Of a DNA stretch of 64,000 nt, positions 58,810 through 64,000 are shown one piece after another. The stretch's first letter is position 1, and each line of letters begins with the position of its first letter. The stretch comes from an uncultured Candidatus Rokubacteria bacterium (GTDB lineage: Bacteria; Methylomirabilota; Methylomirabilia; Rokubacteriales; CSP1-6), in contig CAVWFS010000013.1 in the NCBI GenBank assembly GCA_963754315.1, positions 128,001-192,000 on the forward strand, written 5' to 3'. Below the pieces are notes generated by a model that did no database searches, was not told the DNA's origin, and was given only the letters and a program-made list of their open reading frames with translations. The translations under genes and the position numbers were made by a program.

Positions 58810-59957
58810 GCCCAGTCTTCGTCGGATCCGCGTTCGTCGCCAAGTATCCGACGGGCGGGGGTAACTTCTGGGTGCCGCTCCAGTATGTGCTCGGCCTGCG
58901 GGCGCTTGGGGTGGAGGCGTACTGGCTCGAGCTGCTCTGGGCGCAGGGCAATGCCGCGCGCGCGCGCCGGTTCCTGTCCGACTTCCAGCGACACGTGGAG
59001 GCGCTCGGCGTCGCCGACTGGGTTACCGTCGTGTTCTTCCCCGACAATGAGCGTGACGACCCGCCTGGACGAGAGGAATCCTTCGGCGTCGCCGCCCAGG
59101 ATCTGTGGACCCGCGCGCGCGCCGGGCTTCTGCTCAACCTGGCCCATAGCGTTCCCGCGAGCCTGCGCGGCCGGTTTGCCCGGGCGGCCCTGTTCGACAT
59201 CGATCCTGGCCCGTTCCAGCTTTGGGCCGGCGAGAGCGATCTTGGCGTCGGCAGTCACGATGCGTATCTGACCATCGGGCAGAACCTGGGCGCACCCGAT
59301 TGCCCCGTGCCGCTCGGCGAAGTGCCCTGGCAGCGCGTGTGGCCCGCCGTCCATCTGCCCGCGTGGCCGGCGCAACCCGCGATTCAGGCCGCGCGCTACA
59401 CGACGGTGACCCAATGGTGGAGCGATGCCTGGACGGTGCTCGGCAGCGAGGTGATCGAGGGCCACAAGCGCACGAGCTTCCTTCGCGTTCTCGAGTTGCC
59501 CCGCCAGGTCCCGGTCTCGCTCGAGCTCGCCGCGAATATTCACCCCGAGGAGACCGAGGACAGGCGACTTCTCACCAGCGAAGGGTGGCATCTCGCGGAT
59601 CCCGCGCTCGTGACGGGAACGCCGGAGGCCTTTCGCCGCTACGTGCAGCAGTCACGGGGGGAGTTCGGGTGCGCCAAGCCCTCGTACGTCCGTACGCGTC
59701 CGGGATGGGTGAGCGACCGCACCGTCTGCTACCTGGCCAGCGGGCGCCCGTGCGTGGTCGAGGCCACCGGGGTCGAGGACCACCTGCCGTCCAGCGCTGG
59801 CCTGCGCTTCTTCCGCACCCTGGACGAAGCCGCGGAATGCCTCCGCGCCGTGGAGCGTGACTACGCCGCCGCCGCGCGCGCGGCTCGCGAGCTGGCGGAG
59901 GAGGTGTTCGCCGCCCGCGCGGTCCTGCCGACGATCTTGAAGGCCGCCGGCTTCTGA
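58806..59957 (+). CDS. Paralogous putative GT-B fold glycosyltransferase-like protein
   Basis: GGNFWVPLQYVLGLRALG, DIDPG, AKPSYV..RPGWVSDRTVCYLASGRP; GTG overlaps the upstream stop. Confidence 0.7.
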   Translation: MSPVFVGSAFVAKYPTGGGNFWVPLQYVLGLRALGVEAYWLELLWAQGNAARARRFLSDFQRHVEALGVADWVTVVFFPDNERDDPPGREESFGVAAQDLWTRARAGLLLNLAHSVPASLRGRFARAALFDIDPGPFQLWAGESDLGVGSHDAYLTIGQNLGAPDCPVPLGEVPWQRVWPAVHLPAWPAQPAIQAARYTTVTQWWSDAWTVLGSEVIEGHKRTSFLRVLELPRQVPVSLELAANIHPEETEDRRLLTSEGWHLADPALVTGTPEAFRRYVQQSRGEFGCAKPSYVRTRPGWVSDRTVCYLASGRPCVVEATGVEDHLPSSAGLRFFRTLDEAAECLRAVERDYAAAARAARELAEEVFAARAVLPTILKAAGF

Positions 59958-60068
59958 CGGGGTCGTTCAGGAGGGCCAGAGCTCAAGGAGCTCTTCGATA
60001 TCACAACGGTGACCTGAGTGGAGGATTTGATGATGCGCCAACTGCTCCTCGTTCTGCTCGGCATCGCA

Positions 60069-60084
60069 CGGCGTGGCACTTGCG
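60069..60084 (+). promoter_or_regulatory. Putative sigma54 promoter
   Basis: CGGCGTGGCACTTGCG (GG-N10-GC), about 33 nt before ATG 60117. Confidence 0.5.
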
Positions 60085-60116
60085 AGGGGATCACCCCAGC
60101 GGCCAGAGGCGTGTCC

Positions 60117-60953
60117 ATGTTGTGCTCCGGTATTCCTCTCCTGAGCTCCGTGTTGCTGGGTATCGGTTGTGCGAGCCACTCTCTCGTACCGAAGGAGCAG
60201 GCGGTCGCCATCGAAGCTCGCGATCGAACGCTATCGTCCCACTCGGCGGCCATCCAGGAGGCCATTCGGCAATCCGGGAGTCTGGGAGCCCTGGCCTTTC
60301 TCGACCCCGCGGATGGCCACTTGGTCGTCCTGCCGGGCAATAGTCCGAGGGATGCCTGGGTGCGTCATCTCACCTCCCGCCCCGTGGGCAGCGTGACCGG
60401 TCGCGATTCGGTGCCGACGGTGGTGAGCTTCGTGTACAGGGCGGACGTCCCCAAGGCTCCCGAGACGGTAACGTCCCTTTCTCTTCAAGAACAACGCGAA
60501 GAGCGACACATGACCGAGGGGCTGCGGACGTCCCTCACCGCTCTCGAAACCGAACTCCGCGACGAGCAACGACGCACCGAGGAGAAACTTGGCACCGTGC
60601 TGCACGTTCAGCGTCAGCTCTCCGATTCGATGACGGCGACAAGGCAGGAACAGGAGTCGCTGACCACGGCCAGGGAGGCCATGCAGAAGACATTGAGCTC
60701 AGTCGCCGAGGATCTGGCGGCGGCCCGGAAGTTCATGCTGCAGACGGCGAAATTGGGGTGGCTGAACCATGAGCTGAGTGTCGAGAATGCCAATGATGTG
60801 CGAAAGGTCGCCACCGCGAGCCAGGAGTTGACCGCGAATTCCGCACGACTGGCCGAGGCCATGCGCCAGCTCTCGGACAGTCTGGCCAGCCAGCTCAAGG
60901 AGCTTGCTGATCGGCTCGACAGTATCCAGACGCGCCTTGGCAAAATCCAGTAG
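60117..60953 (+). CDS. Hypothetical lipoprotein with long C-terminal coiled coil
   Basis: MLCSGIPLLSSVLLGIGC signal/lipobox-like N-terminus; heptad-rich C-terminal half. Confidence 0.65.
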   Translation: MLCSGIPLLSSVLLGIGCASHSLVPKEQAVAIEARDRTLSSHSAAIQEAIRQSGSLGALAFLDPADGHLVVLPGNSPRDAWVRHLTSRPVGSVTGRDSVPTVVSFVYRADVPKAPETVTSLSLQEQREERHMTEGLRTSLTALETELRDEQRRTEEKLGTVLHVQRQLSDSMTATRQEQESLTTAREAMQKTLSSVAEDLAAARKFMLQTAKLGWLNHELSVENANDVRKVATASQELTANSARLAEAMRQLSDSLASQLKELADRLDSIQTRLGKIQ

Positions 60954-60960
60954 GCGAGCG

Positions 60961-61650
60961 ATGCCACGCCGTCCGAACGACAGGCCGATATCTGCTGATC
61001 GTGATGCCGTTCCTGCTCATAACCTTGGTGGCCGCAGCCGGGCTGGGCAGAACGCCCGCTATCGGCGGACGAAGAGGCGCGCGTCAGACGAGAGTGGGAG
61101 AAGGTCCGCCAGAACTACGAGAGAGTGCTCAGGGGTCATGAACGGCGGCTCGCCGAAATCGACGCCAAGGAGGGCGGGCGCGTCGGCCGACCCGGAGGTA
61201 CGCGCGGAGAAGATCACGCGAGAGCGCGCCGCCGGAGCCATGGCCTCCCGAAAGGGTGACCCGGGCAGCATGGTGGCACGGATGGCCGCCAAGACCACTC
61301 CCCCTGTGACGGCGTGGCGTGAGATTGACCAGGCACAGGACGAGTATGTGGAGCGGGTCATTGCCGAGTGGAACGGGGAACGAAAGGCGCTTCAAGAAGC
61401 GAAGGCGGTGCTGCAGAAGAATGCCGAGCTGATCAGTGCCCATCTGAGCCGCCGTGACCGAGGCCGCGGCAGCGATGTCAATGCGCGTGCGCCAGTCTGG
61501 TGCGCTGGAGAAAGCGGCGCAGACCGACGCCGCCGCCAGGGGGGCGGGGAGCGGCTCAGCGCGAGATGGGAGCGCGAGCGCGCGGTGCGGGAACGGGAGC
61601 GCGCCCAGAGAGAGCGAGAAGCAAGCGAGCGCGCCCGTGGACGACCGTAG
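60961..61650 (+). CDS. Hypothetical exported coiled-coil protein (multiple frameshifts)
   Basis: Alternative frames give hydrophobic LLIVMPFLLITLVAAAG, then DEEARVRREWEKVRQNYE, and an ERERAR tail. Confidence 0.5.
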   Translation: MPRRPNDRPISADRDAVPAHNLGGRSRAGQNARYRRTKRRASDESGRRSARTTRECSGVMNGGSPKSTPRRAGASADPEVRAEKITRERAAGAMASRKGDPGSMVARMAAKTTPPVTAWREIDQAQDEYVERVIAEWNGERKALQEAKAVLQKNAELISAHLSRRDRGRGSDVNARAPVWCAGESGADRRRRQGGGERLSARWERERAVRERERAQREREASERARGRP

Positions 61651-61748
61651 CCAGCGCGCGGGCGGCCGAGAAATCCTGAGGGGACAGCGGCACCGGCGGC
61701 CAGCGGCTCACCAGCAGAATGGTGAGGAGGCACAGGGAGAGCCGAGCC

Positions 61749-63532
61749 ATGACTCGCCTGCGCCTCATACTTCCTGACGCGTGGTCGATCATCCGCCCGT
61801 ACTGGTTCTCGGAGGATCGCTGGGCCGCCCGGGGACTCCTCCTCGTCATCGTGTCGCTCACCTTGGGGATGGTGTACATCAACGTTCTCTTCAATCAGTG
61901 GAACAACGCCTTCTTCAGCGCCCTGCAGGACAAGGATCAGAACGCCTTCCTCCACCAGCTCATCCGGGTCGTCTGGCTGGTGGCCGCGTACATCGTCTTG
62001 GCGGTCTATCAGCTCTACTTGAACCAGATGCTCGAAATCCGCTGGCGGCGCTGGCTCACCGAGCGCTACCTTCGTGCGTGGCTGGCCGATGGCGCCTACT
62101 ATCGGATGCAGCTCGTGGAGGGCGAAACCGACAACCCCGATCAGCGTATTGCCGAAGACGCTCACCTCCTCACGACCCACACCCTCGCTCTGCTCATCGG
62201 AGGCCTGCGGGCGGTGGTCACCTTGGCGACCTTTGTGGCCATCCTCTGGGGACTCTCCGGAACGTTGACCGTCCCCCTGGGCGGGTTCTCCCTGACCCTG
62301 CCCGGCTACATGGTGTGGGTCGCCATCCTGTTTGCCCTCGCCGGCACCTGGCTCACCGACTGGATCGGCCGCCCACTCGTACGGCTGAACTACGACCGTC
62401 AGCGGTCGTGAAGCCGACTTCCGGTTCGGGCTCGTCCGCTTCCGCGAGAACACGGAGGGCGTGGCGCTCTATCGGGGGGAGGCCGACGAGCTCCGCGGCT
62501 TCCGCGAACGATTCACGGCGGTGGTGCTGAACTGGTGGGACATCATGCGCCGGCAGAAGCGGCTGACCAGCTTCACCGCCGGGTACGGGCAAGCGGCGTG
62601 GATTTTCCCGTCCGTGGTGGCGGCGCCGCGCTACTTCCGTGGCGAGCTTCCCCTCGGCGGGCTCATGCAGACCATCGGAGCCTTCAACCAGGTCCAGGAT
62701 TCACTCAGCTTCTTTGTCCAGTCGTACAAGGAGATCGCTGCCTGGTGCGCGGTGGTCGCGCGGCTCGCCGGCTTCGAGCGTACCCTCGAGCGCGTACATC
62801 ATCCAGGCCGCGGCCGGCGGCGGCGTCCGCCGCGCCGACGGGGCCGCCTCGCAGCTGGCCATTGACGGTGTCGATCTGTGCCGTCCCGATGGTCAGCCGC
62901 TCATCGTGAACGTGAATCTCACACTGCAGCGCGGTGACACGGTTCTCCTGGGGGGAGCATCGGGTTCGGGGAAGAGCACGCTCCTGCGTGCCATCGCCGG
63001 GATCTGGCCGTTTGGACGGGGCGAGATCCGCGGCTCACGCGACGCTCGGGTCCTCTTTCTACCGCAGAAACCGTACCTGCCGATCGGCACGCTCCGAGAA
63101 GTGGTGAGCTATCCGATGCCGGCCGGCGGTGTGGACGACGCGACGGTGCGCGAGGCGCTCGCAGCCGTGGGATTGCCTGACCTCGCGGGGCGGCTCGACG
63201 AGGCCGGCCACTGGGCGCTCCAGCTCTCCCCCGGCGAGCAACAGCGCATTGCCTTTGCGCGCGCCCTGATCCAGAAGCCCGACTGGCTCTTCCTCGATGA
63301 GGCGACCTCGGCGGTGGACGAGGCGACGGAGGAGCGCCTCTATCGACTGGTACGCGAGCGGCTGGGGGACGCGAGTGTGTTCAGCGTGGGTCATCGGGCG
63401 ACGCTCCGTCCCTTCCACGTTCGCCAGCTTGTCGTGCAGCCCAACGGGAGCGCCCCCGCCTCCATCGTGGAAGTGACCGCTACGCCCGAGGGCAATCGCA
63501 TCATCCCGCGCCGGGGGCCCGGTTCGCCTTGA
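61749..63532 (+). CDS. Fused ABC transporter permease/ATPase, YddA/BacA-like (frameshifts near 62405 and 62800)
   Basis: DNPDQRIAED, (E)ADFRFGLVRFREN.E.VA, GASGSGKST, FLPQKPYLP, LSPGEQQR, FLDEATSA. Confidence 0.9.
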
Positions 63533-64000
63533 ACCAATCGACCGTCTGGCGCAAGCCCTCGGCGAGCGGCGTTGGCGTGTGGCCCTGCACCTGTTCGGCC
63601 GCCAGTACCGAGCGCTCGACGTCGCCCGCCCGGCGAGGGCCATGGCGGATGTCCGCGGGCGTTCCCACGGTGGCCGCGAGCGCGTGCGCCAGCGCGAGCG
63701 TGTTCGTGGCCTCGCCCGTACACACGTTGACGATCGGCGCCGCGATGGCACCATCAACCGCGAGACAGTTGTAGAGCACGACGTCGCCGACGTACACATA
63801 GTCGCGCACGCAGCCCGCATCGCCGACCTGGCGCCGCGCGTTGACCTGGATCGGTTGTGCACTCAGCAGCCGCTCGGTGAAGATGGCGACCACGCCGGCT
63901 TCACCATGGGGGTCCTGGCGCGGTCCGTACACGTTGGCGTAGCGCAGCACGGTCGAGGCCAAGCCGTGCTCGTGCGCATAGGCGCGCAGGTAGCACTCTA
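63501..64000 (-). CDS. NAD-dependent epimerase/dehydratase (UDP-glucose 4-epimerase-like), 5' truncated
   Basis: LRYANVYGPRQDPHGEAGVVAIF, RDYVYVGDV. Confidence 0.9.
   Translation of the reverse strand, partial: ECYLRAYAHEHGLASTVLRYANVYGPRQDPHGEAGVVAIFTERLLSAQPIQVNARRQVGDAGCVRDYVYVGDVVLYNCLAVDGAIAAPIVNVCTGEATNTLALAHALAATVGTPADIRHGPRRAGDVERSVLAAEQVQGHTPTPLAEGLRQTVDWFKANRAPGAG

Overview
GC-rich bacterial window of about 60 genes. I found no rRNA, tRNA, CRISPR array, integrase or transposase. The gene content resembles Rokubacteria (Methylomirabilota): many amidohydrolases, an 'MMDRRRFL...AEAQQ' type ABC binding protein, Uma2, and wHTH-AAA-TPR proteins. That assignment is inference only. At least 14 genes carry single-base frameshifts, most likely long-read consensus errors. 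The left part (1-42 kb) is mostly catabolic and transport genes: several C-N hydrolases, a DUF1800/DUF1501 pair, a peptide-type ABC importer with no ATPase, a divergent LeuCD plus ICL-family lyase operon, an RND pump and a flavoprotein/ferredoxin pair. It also holds a secreted S74-chaperone fibre gene inside a local duplication and a hairpin repeat array showing covariation. The right part (42.4-61.6 kb) is a stationary-phase/general-stress-like region. It contains two ferritin-like proteins, catalase HPII, YtxH-like, holin-like and DUF1003 membrane proteins, a four-gene deacetylase/methyltransferase/GT2/acyl-CoA-dehydrogenase-like cassette and a PAS-PAS hybrid kinase. Five correctly spaced sigma54 (-24/-12) motifs lie in front of transcription units in this region, and a sixth precedes the PQQ-type dehydrogenase gene at 24.8 kb. 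The best candidates for an undescribed system are this putative sigma54-driven stress regulon and the four-gene cassette within it.
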